From the NCBI GenBank assembly GCA_965645245.1, contig OZ287085.1, forward strand, positions 1,364,001-1,428,000: 64,000 nucleotides of DNA, read 5' to 3'. A program made the translations under genes and the position numbers. The notes under the pieces were generated by a model. The model had not been told where the DNA came from. It saw nothing but the letters and a program-made list of their open reading frames with translations, and made no database searches. This DNA is from Massalongia carnosa (taxonomy: Eukaryota). The stretch's first letter is position 1, and every line of letters starts with the position of its first letter. Shown piece by piece: positions 11,277 through 21,490 of the stretch.

Positions 11277-12575
11277 ATGACGAAGATGGGCAGCGCCGCC
11301 GCCCCTCCCGTGCGTGATGATAGCCAGTTCGCCGTATCCCCAATCGAATATGGCGCGATCCTCTCCCATTTTTTCCAGAAGATTGACTATCGACTGCCCA
11401 AGCCCTACTACAACCCCGAGATCGAGCCCGCCCTGGCCAAGTACATCGAGGAGCAGCCGTGGTCGGACAGTTTGAAGGCCCGCTCAGGCAAGTACGCTAA
11501 GCAGGCCGTGGGTATCGCTTCGTGGTACCCACGGGCGTCTTTTGCCTGCCAGTTCAGCTGTGTGATCATCACCCTTCTCGTGATCATCTACGATGAGGAA
11601 TACGCTAGCTTTGGCACTACGGGCACCGAGTTTTCCATGAGACTGGTGCGTGGACAGCCGCAGAAGGCGCCCTTCCTCGACTCATTAGCGCAGTAGGTTT
11701 CCCTTCGGTAGATATGACAAAACATCCTAACATGGCGGTCAAGTTTCCTCCAAGGAACCAACCAGTATCTCGGTCCATATGGGTCATCGATGGTCATCAA
11801 GACGACGATCGAGTTCATCGAGGGCACCAACGTGGAGAACGACTTCAACGAGTTTGTGCCTATAGATGCCATACGCTTCCCGCGCTACCTTCGCATAAAG
11901 ACTGGCTTCGCAGAAACATATGCCCACGCCATGTTCCCCAATGATACGTTCCCCGAAGAGCAGTACCGCAAGTTGTACCTCCCCGCGCTGCCGCCGCTCT
12001 GTGACATCATCGACTTCACCAATGATATCCTGTCCTTCTACAAGGAGACCATCCGCGGCACCGAGCGCATCAACTACATCTGTAACGTCGCCCAGTCGAC
12101 CGGCAGGAGCGCGCTGCAGTGTCTCCAAGATACCATCGACGCCGTCGAGAATCGCGTCGCCGAGGTGCGCCGTATCCTGAAGCCGCACCCGGCGCTCCTG
12201 GCACATGCAAATGACTACCTGGCCGCCTATATCGGTTGGCACATCTGCACCACCTCACGCTACCATCTGAACGAGGTCAAGATTATCATCGGAGTGGATG
12301 TCGCGGATCTAGTGGAGCTGGGCGTGTCGGCGGCGGTTAAGCCAAATGGCGCGATGGCGGCAGCTAACGGGTATGTAACGGCCGGCGTTTCGGCGGTGAT
12401 TAAGCCAAATGGGGCAGCAAACGAGTATGTGACGGCCGGCGTGTCGGCGATGATTAAGCCAAATGGCGCGATGACGGCACCAAACGAGTATGTGATGGCC
12501 GGCGTGTCGGCGATGATTAAGCCAAATGGCGTGATTACGGCAGCAAACGAGTATGTGACGGCCGGCGTGGCCTAA
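11277..12575 (+). CDS. Class I sesquiterpene cyclase of the trichodiene-synthase-like family; exons 11277-11692, 11744-12575
   Basis: Acidic motif IIYDEEY, effector region YLRIKTGFAETYA, NSE triad NDILSFYKE, RINY and C-terminal RY. Intron 11693-11743 (GTAGGT..CCTAAC..AAG) fuses the two ORFs in frame. Alternative start at ATG 11286. Confidence 0.9.
12321..12572 (+). repeat. Coding minisatellite, units of 63/54/63/63 bp plus a partial, encoding GVSAxxKPNGxxxAxNEYVTA
   Basis: Units start at 12321, 12384, 12438 and 12501, with a partial at 12564; in frame up to the cyclase stop codon. Confidence 0.95.
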
Positions 12576-12779
12576 GAGATGATGGATATGGCTAGAGCTC
12601 AATATAGATTGTCAAGAGGCTTTATTTACGGAGTAAACCGGCGTTGATCCTGCCACCCCAGGATTAACGCCGCTAAGCCTATTTAGATACCCCACCAAAA
12701 TACTTGTTTACCTTTCATGCACCCCTCACCTATTCAGCTCACCCCTCCCACCATCTACTCACCTAATTGCTCAGTCAAC

Positions 12780-13480
12780 ATGCATTCCGTTTCGGACACT
12801 GCACCGAAGGCTGTTTAGAAGCTCCAAAAGGCTAAAAAGTCATCTATTCAATGCATATTGAACTCGATAAAACTATCTGCTTCTACATATGAACCTATCC
12901 AAGTGGAAGATCGGCCTCCCGTATCCAATTCACCCTCTGGACTTTGTGATTCCATTGGAATTTTTCAGCCTGTTCATTACCCCTTCTATGTTTTCTATGA
13001 TTTTCGACTTCACGAATATGAAGGCAGAGATTACGAAGACATCAGTCAAACGTCGACCCTGGATCTCAACTTCAGATGCCGAAATTGACATCTTCGTGGG
13101 GATTCTATTATCCATGGGTTTGCTTTCTATGAATCGCTACTGGGATATACACTCAGATATGCATGGAAGTCCCAAAATATCTCAGGTCATGACTTTGAAA
13201 CGATTTAATCAAACTAAACGATTCGTGAAGTTATTTAACTCCCGCACGGATTCTGACCCAAAAAGCTCTGGTTTTAATAAACGCTGAACGGCTAAATTGA
13301 AGCAATTTTAGACTCTGATTCAACAGGCCTGTAAACAGTATTTATAGTCAGATTTTAACGTGTTAATTGACGAGCAATTGATCCTTTTTAAGGATCGATT
13401 TAAACACATCATGAACATGCTCAGTAAGGCTGCGAGTCGAGGGTTCAAATTCTATTATCTATGCAGTGATATTTTTTTCA
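12780..13480 (+). mobile_element. piggyBac-like transposase relic (degenerate)
   Basis: FFSLFIT..FTN, EIDIFVGILLSMG..YW, MTLKRF and downstream IDEQLILFKDRFKH..GFKFY, matching the PGBD first catalytic Asp region. Contains stops and frameshifts; termini not resolved. Confidence 0.75.
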
Positions 13481-14877
13481 TTTGATTTGCTCAATATGTG
13501 TTTGCAATCTAAGGTTATGACATGAATTTTGTTTAGTGGGTTTTCTACTCTGTGCTCTATATAAAAACTGGAATACAAACCGCGCCTGTATCCTATAATC
13601 ACATAAAAATTTCATAGTGAGTGTGTTAAAGGTCTCTAAGAACCCCGAAATGTGATTGAAGTGGCCTATTCGGACTCCATTTTATTTGATAGAGGGCGGC
13701 TACCGGAATGACCCTCCTTCGCTGTTGTATAAGTGGTGGCTAGGCTGTATGTAGGCAGAATAGTCAGAGATGCTTAGGGACAGTCCCTCCCCGACCGTTC
13801 CCCCCCCTTGTATAAATCTTTGCTAGTAAACAGCCATTTCACTGCTCATCCACAGCACATTAAACTCTTTTCGGTTTAAATCGTATGACCTGTTATTGCT
13901 ACTTATAATTATCCTACTCGGTCTGATAAAGCATACCCTCACCCTCACTTACCATTTGCCCTTGCCCTTGTCCTAACCCTTTGGCCTCTCTAGATCTCTA
14001 CTTCCACTTATGCTATACCTCATATTTATATATTTTACTACTCCTCATCGCGATGGAGTTCGATCCCACTTCTTTGAATGTACGAAAGCAACATGCCATT
14101 GCCCTTCTACCCTCACCTCACCTCCTCCCTCCGCAAGAGAATGAGTTATTTTCGTCTTGAAAGAAGGCAAAGACTCGTCTTCAAGACTATGCCTTCACCC
14201 AAGGCTTCGCGTTGATCACAGAAACTCACGATAAGAAAAACCATTTAATCGTATTAGACTACAGACGCCATCACAAAAAGTTAGAAACACTAGAAAAGAA
14301 GAGGAGGAAGACCGGATGCGAGCCAATACCAAAGTTTCGTTCAATGAGTGTCCTTATCGCCTCCGTCTCAAAAAAAAAAAAACAAAGACAATGCATGGAG
14401 ACCAATAGTTACTAATTCCGAGCACAATCATGAGATAGCCACTGATCCCTTTGCATTCAGAGAACATCATAGTAGGGACCCTGATCGAACAGATGCCCTA
14501 GATCAAGGGAAGGGTCTCCGTGCATCGTCAACCCAATATGGCCAAGCAGCGAGAATATTAGGAATCCAAGGACTCCGTCTGTCGAGGAGCGATTATTATA
14601 ATCTCGCTCATTCGGAGGGAGCTCAAACGCCTGAAGAAGAGCTTCTTTTTGCCTTGGGCTCGTTGAAAGACAGGGGCTTTCATGTACGGTGTAAGGAAAA
14701 ATATATTGTTAAGAATAATGTGCGTGAGAGACGGGTGATAGAACAAATTTTTTTTTTTTGCAATGCGGAGCAAATTAGGCTGGCTCGACGTTTCGTGGGT
14801 GGGTTTCTGTTTCTCGTCGCTTATTGCTATATAACTTAATCCTACATACCTCAGGCAGTGCCGCCTCCATCTCTTTA

Positions 14878-15746
14878 TGATGAATGAATGATAAATTCAC
14901 GTGTAGGTATAATAGCATGATTGTCATTGAAGGTAATTATCTATGTGGGCTATTTGTCTGCTTTATATAGCAGTCACAAAACAGTCACCTCTAGGAGCCT
15001 AAACGGTCAGACCTTGTCCCCCCATATCTGCTTGCTAGTTCGTGTCAATCTCGTTATATTGCTACTAAGTATGTTTGGGCTATTGCTCACAGCCCCCGGC
15101 CTCGAGAGGGGGACTCGATAAGGGCCTTGCTGTCTACTAATGTAAGACCCTCTCGCAGGCCTTGGGCTGTGAACAGACTCCCTCTATCTAAGCGACAGAA
15201 GAACTGGAGTGGGTGGGTGGGAAAGAAAACGTTGCAAACAGTGCTATCAAAATGCTATGCTTTTTGATTGTCTTGAGATGTGAGATGATGAGGGATACCG
15301 TCTGGGACCTCCTCTTTATATATCTTCTTCCTATTCTCCTTGTCCTACTCTACCATCCCAGTATGCCCCATCAACGCGGCCCATAGCAAGGCATACACAA
15401 ATCCGAAACCTAACTGTCGTCCGAAGGATCGATGCGGTGCTAAGATCTCTATGCCGTGCTGAGACATCCTTATGGTGCTGAGACATCTATGCCGTCCGAG
15501 AGATCCATGCGGTGCCGAAATCAAAGCGGGAGCTGTCTCGATTAACGACGCACTAGCTCTCAGCATAGCCGAACTAGTTTAGGCACCCTGACGGTCAGAC
15601 CTTGGCTCCCATATCTGCTTGTTTAGGCACACTGACGGTCACACCTTGGCTCCCATATCTGCTTATTTAGGCACTTTGCCAGGCACCTCCCGGGGCTTAT
15701 GATGGATGCCCATACTGATGGTGGCCTCATCATCTAACATCTAACA
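14878..15746 (-). mobile_element. Solo LTR of the Copia family at 34548-45037, interrupted by a 543-bp insertion
   Basis: Reverse-complement similarity to LTR 44775-45037; TG..CA ends on the minus strand; 5-bp TSD CTTTA (14873-77 / 15747-51). Confidence 0.88.
15035..15577. mobile_element. Unclassified 543-bp insertion with CTAGTTC..GAACTAG ends and no TSD (copy 1)
   Basis: Splits the host LTR exactly at GCTTG|TTTAGG, which is uninterrupted in the sister LTR near 63320-63332. Terminal ~30 bp are shared with 27937-28437. Confidence 0.8.
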
Positions 15747-16065
15747 CTTTATAGTCTTAGCCACAACGTGCGCGCCAGTCAAATTCTTCCTACTTCCTCT
15801 GCAACAACGCGAAGGTCTCGGGGTGTGGCGAAGAAATCAAAGGCTCAGTTGGAGTTAGAATCTCAGCAAAGAGTCGAGAAATCAGTCAAACAGGCTAGGG
15901 CTCAAGCGAGAAAGGAAACGGCGATGAGAAAGATGGCTAAAACCATGAAGCCTAGAAAAGATGATGTATCGCAATGGGCTGACGAGTTTTTGGAGTTGAA
16001 GTCATCGCAATCGGTAGATTTGTAGGTGTTGAATACACTTAGTCAGTAACAGCAACATTATTAAT

Positions 16066-19000
16066 TGTCGATATTAATAGACCGTGGTTCAAGCCAATTC
16101 CCGAAGTAAGATCCTGTTGAAGGAAAAGCACGTGATTTCGGACTAATAACCGAGGCCTCGATCTTTCAGATGCTATTTCTTTCTATGCCATAGATCTGAT
16201 TTCTAATACTCAATGATTTCAAAGCATTGTACCTCGCATGGGTTCCGGATCACTAATGATCTATTAGTAAATAGAAGTGGCTGGAAGATATCTAGATTAT
16301 GAAAGAATGTGGCGAAATGGTCTATATAGCTAGCTAGAATTTCCAGTTTAGATAGACAAGGAGAACATCATTTTCCAGATCAATAAGAACGGTCCGACAG
16401 TTATGAGCCCGGCTTCCTAATCGCTGCATTCATCGATCAGTATCCCCAAGTTCTTATTGACCTTTATTGTTACTTCTTCCATCTTCTTTGGACAATCGAA
16501 CAGAAGATGTCTTTCTCTACCTTGCCCGCTTCTAGTCAGAAAACCGTGGTAGTCCTCAAGGAGCCCGGTGACTGGGATGAATGGATCCTTATCGTGGAGT
16601 CCATGGCCAAGCGAGGTGGAATCGAGCAGTATGTGGACCTGGCGAAACCTGAGCCAGACGAGCCAATCAGACCCATTACCCCTACCTTCTCTTCCATGAA
16701 AGCAGGTGCCGTGTCATCCGAGGACTTAACCGAGGGACAGCGACGGGATCTGATATTGCGAAGAGAGGATCATAGAGAAGACTTGCGTACGTATCGGGAG
16801 AAGACCGAAGCCCTAAAAAACCTGGAAGCATATATATTGACCACCGTGGATCGGACCAATTTGTTATATCTCAGGGGACAGGACTCGATATATAAGAAGT
16901 TATCAGCTCTAAAGAAGAGGCTTGCACCGACGGACCGGATCCGAGAACTCGAAGTTATTCGGAAATATAAGGACCTACAACGTGCCCCCAAGAGTCAGCA
17001 ACTGGATCACTGGTTGTTGGAATGGGAGAAAGTCTATGCAGAAGCGGATAGACTGAAAATTCCGGACGTTCAGGGACATAGATGCATTTATGATTTCTTG
17101 AATGCGCTAAGGACAGTGGACGGTTCGTTTGTGGCCGGTAGAGAGGCCATATTACAGTATAAAATTCATCGGAATGAGGAAGATTTCTCGATAAGGGATC
17201 TTCTGGAAGAATTCCGGAATCATTTGCGAACCGCCAGGGCCCTAGATAGCAAGGGGGCTACCCATTCGGCATTTGCAACATTTCAAGGATCTGACCAATC
17301 AGATCAAGAAAAATCGAACTCGACAATGAGTCAAAAATCAGCTCAGGGATCTAACTCGGACCAAGGAAATTCCGAGAAGAAGTGCATATGTGGCAAGAAG
17401 CACCGCTTCAAGGATTGCTACTATTTGCTCAAGGACCTGAGGCCAGAGGGGTGGACCCCGGATAAGAGCATTGAGAAAATAATAGAAGAAAAGCTAGCTA
17501 AGAATCATCGGCTAGATAAGATCATCAAGTCGGTCCGAGATAAGCACGCAAAACAAGTCGAAAAAGTCGGAAGGGAAGAGAAATCGTCTTCAGAAAAATC
17601 CGATCCTGCAGCATTTGCAGTTTCGATAGTGCCTGCCGGATCATCAGTCTCGATCTTGCCTGCCGCACCACCTAGATCGTTTTCAACGTTTGCAGTTGCT
17701 TCCGAACCGGAGCCACATAGGTTGGTCAACTGTTGGACCCTGGATTGCGGAACAGACATTCATGTATGCAATGATCCGGAGCGGTTTCAGTTGACGCGTA
17801 CAGCAAACACTGATGACAAGCTCATGGCCGGAAAAACCGTTTATAGCATAGATGGATATGGAACGGTAGATATCACGGCACAAGGACCTCATGGGCCGGT
17901 GCCAATCAGGCTTCTAGATGTGGCGCTATCCTCAGGATTTTTCACCAATTTGGTGTGCCTAAGCAAGCTAACAAAGAAGGGGGTTCACTGGGACACCGAA
18001 CATTCTCATCTGCATCAGAAGGGAAAGACGTTCTGCCGCACCAAGCAAATAGGGGGCCATTGGGTGATAGAAGACAACCCACCAACGGTAAGGTCACATA
18101 GAGCATTTGCGGCCAGTACCAGTCCGAAACCGGAATTGATAGCGACGGGAAAAGAGTGGCACGAGATGCTCGGTCATCCTGGACCGGAAACAATTTCTCA
18201 CCTCGAAAAGGGGGTAGATGGAGTTAAGGTAACAGTACCCGAGTCAGCACCGAATACGATGCAATGCGAGACATGCTCGCTGACCAAAGCCCATCACCTG
18301 ATCTCGAGACGTTCGGGACAGGAAGAGCCAGCGAATTTTCCGCTCGGTCGAGTAGGGTATGACCTTATTCAGCTGACTGAAGCATACAACGGGGACAACT
18401 GGGTGAGCCACTTCAGGTGTTTTTATACCAGTATGGACTTCGTCTACACCCATACTCGAAAAAATGATGCTCTAGGGGTGATCAAGGAATTCCTGAAAAT
18501 GACCAAGACTAGATACGATCAGACCGTTCGGTTTTTTCGAACAGACGACGAGCGAACCCTCGGCTTAGAATTCGCCGAGTTCATGAAAATGAGAGGTATC
18601 ACCACCGAAAGATCGGCCCCATATACTCCAGCACAAAACGGTCAAACCGAGCGATCTGGGGGGGTACTGGTGATCCGAGCGCGGGCCCTGCGCATAGCAG
18701 CAAATTTGCCAGCTAGTATGTGGCCAGAAATATTCAAAACGGTTGGTTATCTAAATAACCGGACCCCGAAGAAGATGCTAGGGTGGAAAACACCAATAGA
18801 TAAATTAACCGGGGAAAAACCGAAACTATCTCACCTGCAGCCGTATGGTTGTCGAGCGTTCCCGCTTAATCAGGTGATTCCCAGGAAAGAGAAGCTCGAA
18901 CCAAGGGCTTTTATTGGATACCTGGTGGGGTACGACTCCACTAACATCTTTCGAATATGGATTCCCAGCCGTATGAAAGTCATCCGGACCAGGGATGTAA

Positions 19001-21490
19001 TGTTTGATAAGACAAGATTTTATGAGCCCAATGAGCTCGATATAGGACATTTATTAAACATAACCGTGGAAAACGTGATTCAGGTGTTGGAAGTGCCCGA
19101 AACATCCTTTGCAGGAGTGATGATTGAGCAAGACGATGAGGAGGTAGGTCCGAGATTGGACCAAACAACCAATCAACCTAGTGAAACAGAAACGTCAGAA
19201 AAGACGATGTTTCCTCATATCGATATGGAAAAGAATCCTCACTTACCTACCCCTGAAAAGACACCGGAGCGTGATGGTTTGGAAATAAGCTCCGAGCCGG
19301 ACGTTCAAGGAATGCCAGGTGTTCAATCAACCGAGGACGGACCGAGCCAGCCGAGACAGTCGGCTAGGCCGAGACGGACGCCTCGGGTGGTAGAGACAAC
19401 GGATGAATCAATTGCCAGGAACACTAGATCAAGGAAACAGGCATATGCAATTGCGCTGGCATCAGTCAGCAAGTTAACCCCGTTCCATGCAGCGTTTTCG
19501 GTCGGCCTAGAACGGCCACAGGTCGGAACCTTGAAGAAATTCCATCGGGATGAGATCCCGGTGGAGCCCCGATATTGGAGGCAGATGCTCCATCACCGTT
19601 TTTCGCAGGAATTCCAGCTAGCGGCCATCAAAGAGCTCACCGAGCTTGAAAAGCGTGGTACGTACGAGCTAGTGGAAAAGGTTCAGGGACAGGACCGGAT
19701 ACCACTCACCTGGGTATTTAAGTATAAGCATGACACCGACGGCTATGTTGAGAAATTCAAGGCCCGTCTATGTGTACGAGGAGATCTTCAGATGACTCAG
19801 CAAGATACGTATGCTGCAACATTGGCAGCGAGAACGTTTCGAGCTCTAATGGCTATTTCAGCTGCATTTGACCTTGATATCTACCAGTATGATGCGGTCA
19901 GTGCTTTCATAAATAGCCCGATTGATGAGGAAATCTTTTGTGAGTGTCCAGAAGGTTTTGACAAGCCCGGATACTGTTGGAAGCTTAGAAAAGCTCTGTA
20001 CGGATTAAAACAAGCACCGATTCTATGGTATAAGCTCCTAACCATGGCCCTAGAGGAACTCGGACTAGCGCCAGTCCCAGGGGTCAACTGTCTATTTGCC
20101 AATGAGTGGATTATCCTATTCTTCTATGTCGATGACATTGTGGTCATATGCAGGAAGCATAATTCGGACAAATTACAAGAATTTGAGAAAGCTCTCCTGA
20201 AACGATTCGAAATGCATGCTCTAGGGGAATTGAAATGGTTTCTCGGTATAAGGATTACCCGAGACCGAGCAAATAAGAAGATATGGTTATGTCAGGACTC
20301 ATACATTACCAAAATGGCTGCGAAATTTAATCAGCACGGGGAAACCGCGAAAACACCACTGACAGTGGTGCCTACAGCCAATGAAAACGAGCAAAAAGCA
20401 GACAGTCAACGTATATATGCGTACCAGCAACGGGTAGGTTCATTGAACTTCGCAGCGGTAATATCCCGGCCCGATATAGCTTTTGCAACTGCAAAATTAG
20501 CTCAATTCTTACAAAACCCGTGCCCGGATCATCTGTCTGCGGCCGATCGGGTTATTGCTTATCTAAATGGGACTAAAAACCTGGCTATAGAATATAACGG
20601 TCATCAGAAAACTGACATTCTGATGTGTGCTAGCGATGCAGCGTTTGCTGATGATGAGTTGACTCGAAGAAGCTCCGATGGTTACCTTTTTCAGCTGTAT
20701 GGTGGACCAATAGACTGGCGAGCAGCTAAACAAGCCACGGTCACCACATCGAGCACTGAAGCCGAGTTGCTAGCCCTGTCTCGGACCGCCAAGGAAGCTA
20801 TGTGGTGGAAACGGTTTTTTCAAGCCATTCGGTTCAATCCCATGGAAAAGTTGCACATTCGGTGCGATAATCGCCAGACCCTCAGAATCCTAGATAAAGA
20901 GATGTTGAAGCTAGATACTAAGCTTCGGCATGTGGATATACATCGTCACTGGTTAAGGCAAGAAGTTCAAGCTGGTCGTATAAACGTCAGTTGGATGCCC
21001 ACAGCGGAAATGCCTGCCGACGGATTTACCAAGGTCTTACCTCGTCAGAAACATGACGATTTCATCAAACAGCTGCATTTGACTGACATATCAGTCATAC
21101 TGGCTAATCAAGGTCAGGAAGCAGCTTCAGCATAGTATGCTAAATCTGGGGGGGTATGTCGATATTAATAGACCGTGGTTCAAGCCAATTCCCGAAGTAA
21201 GATCCTGTTGAAGGAAAAGCACGTGATTTCGGACTAATAACCGAGGCCTCGATCTTTCAGATGCTATTTCTTTCTATGCCATAGATCTGATTTCTAATAC
21301 TCAATGATTTCAAAGCATTGTACCTCGCATGGGTTCCGGATCACTAATGATCTATTAGTAAATAGAAGTGGCTGGAAGATATCTAGATTATGAAAGAATG
21401 TGGCGAAATGGTCTATATAGCTAGCTAGAATTTCCAGTTTAGATAGACAAGGAGAACATCATTTTCCAGATCAATAAGAACGGTCCGACA
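16066..21490 (+). mobile_element. Intact Ty1/Copia LTR retrotransposon
   Basis: 334-bp LTRs at 16066-16399 and 21157-21490 (TG..CA, no difference seen by eye); TSD TTAAT; PBS GTTATGAGCCC at 16400; G-rich PPT before 21157. Confidence 0.97.
16507..21135 (+). CDS. Copia gag-pol polyprotein, 1542 aa (Gag-PR-IN-RT-RNaseH)
   Basis: Zinc knuckle CICGKKHRFKDC, protease WTLDCGTDIH, integrase HHCC and RTDDE..NGQTER, RT FYVDD, RNaseH SDAAFA..TEAE..ADGFTK; uninterrupted frame. Confidence 0.97.
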   Translation: MSFSTLPASSQKTVVVLKEPGDWDEWILIVESMAKRGGIEQYVDLAKPEPDEPIRPITPTFSSMKAGAVSSEDLTEGQRRDLILRREDHREDLRTYREKTEALKNLEAYILTTVDRTNLLYLRGQDSIYKKLSALKKRLAPTDRIRELEVIRKYKDLQRAPKSQQLDHWLLEWEKVYAEADRLKIPDVQGHRCIYDFLNALRTVDGSFVAGREAILQYKIHRNEEDFSIRDLLEEFRNHLRTARALDSKGATHSAFATFQGSDQSDQEKSNSTMSQKSAQGSNSDQGNSEKKCICGKKHRFKDCYYLLKDLRPEGWTPDKSIEKIIEEKLAKNHRLDKIIKSVRDKHAKQVEKVGREEKSSSEKSDPAAFAVSIVPAGSSVSILPAAPPRSFSTFAVASEPEPHRLVNCWTLDCGTDIHVCNDPERFQLTRTANTDDKLMAGKTVYSIDGYGTVDITAQGPHGPVPIRLLDVALSSGFFTNLVCLSKLTKKGVHWDTEHSHLHQKGKTFCRTKQIGGHWVIEDNPPTVRSHRAFAASTSPKPELIATGKEWHEMLGHPGPETISHLEKGVDGVKVTVPESAPNTMQCETCSLTKAHHLISRRSGQEEPANFPLGRVGYDLIQLTEAYNGDNWVSHFRCFYTSMDFVYTHTRKNDALGVIKEFLKMTKTRYDQTVRFFRTDDERTLGLEFAEFMKMRGITTERSAPYTPAQNGQTERSGGVLVIRARALRIAANLPASMWPEIFKTVGYLNNRTPKKMLGWKTPIDKLTGEKPKLSHLQPYGCRAFPLNQVIPRKEKLEPRAFIGYLVGYDSTNIFRIWIPSRMKVIRTRDVMFDKTRFYEPNELDIGHLLNITVENVIQVLEVPETSFAGVMIEQDDEEVGPRLDQTTNQPSETETSEKTMFPHIDMEKNPHLPTPEKTPERDGLEISSEPDVQGMPGVQSTEDGPSQPRQSARPRRTPRVVETTDESIARNTRSRKQAYAIALASVSKLTPFHAAFSVGLERPQVGTLKKFHRDEIPVEPRYWRQMLHHRFSQEFQLAAIKELTELEKRGTYELVEKVQGQDRIPLTWVFKYKHDTDGYVEKFKARLCVRGDLQMTQQDTYAATLAARTFRALMAISAAFDLDIYQYDAVSAFINSPIDEEIFCECPEGFDKPGYCWKLRKALYGLKQAPILWYKLLTMALEELGLAPVPGVNCLFANEWIILFFYVDDIVVICRKHNSDKLQEFEKALLKRFEMHALGELKWFLGIRITRDRANKKIWLCQDSYITKMAAKFNQHGETAKTPLTVVPTANENEQKADSQRIYAYQQRVGSLNFAAVISRPDIAFATAKLAQFLQNPCPDHLSAADRVIAYLNGTKNLAIEYNGHQKTDILMCASDAAFADDELTRRSSDGYLFQLYGGPIDWRAAKQATVTTSSTEAELLALSRTAKEAMWWKRFFQAIRFNPMEKLHIRCDNRQTLRILDKEMLKLDTKLRHVDIHRHWLRQEVQAGRINVSWMPTAEMPADGFTKVLPRQKHDDFIKQLHLTDISVILANQGQEAASA

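Noticed and set aside
6405..12575. Trichothecene (TRI) cluster or a true TRI5 orthologue
   Set aside because: The cyclase lacks the TRI5 DDSKD motif, and no TRI4/TRI3/TRI6/TRI10-like genes are present; the resemblance is family-level only.
1093..12602. Numerous antisense and alternate-frame ORFs over the cluster genes
   Set aside because: Shadow ORFs expected from GC-rich codon usage on the real coding strand.
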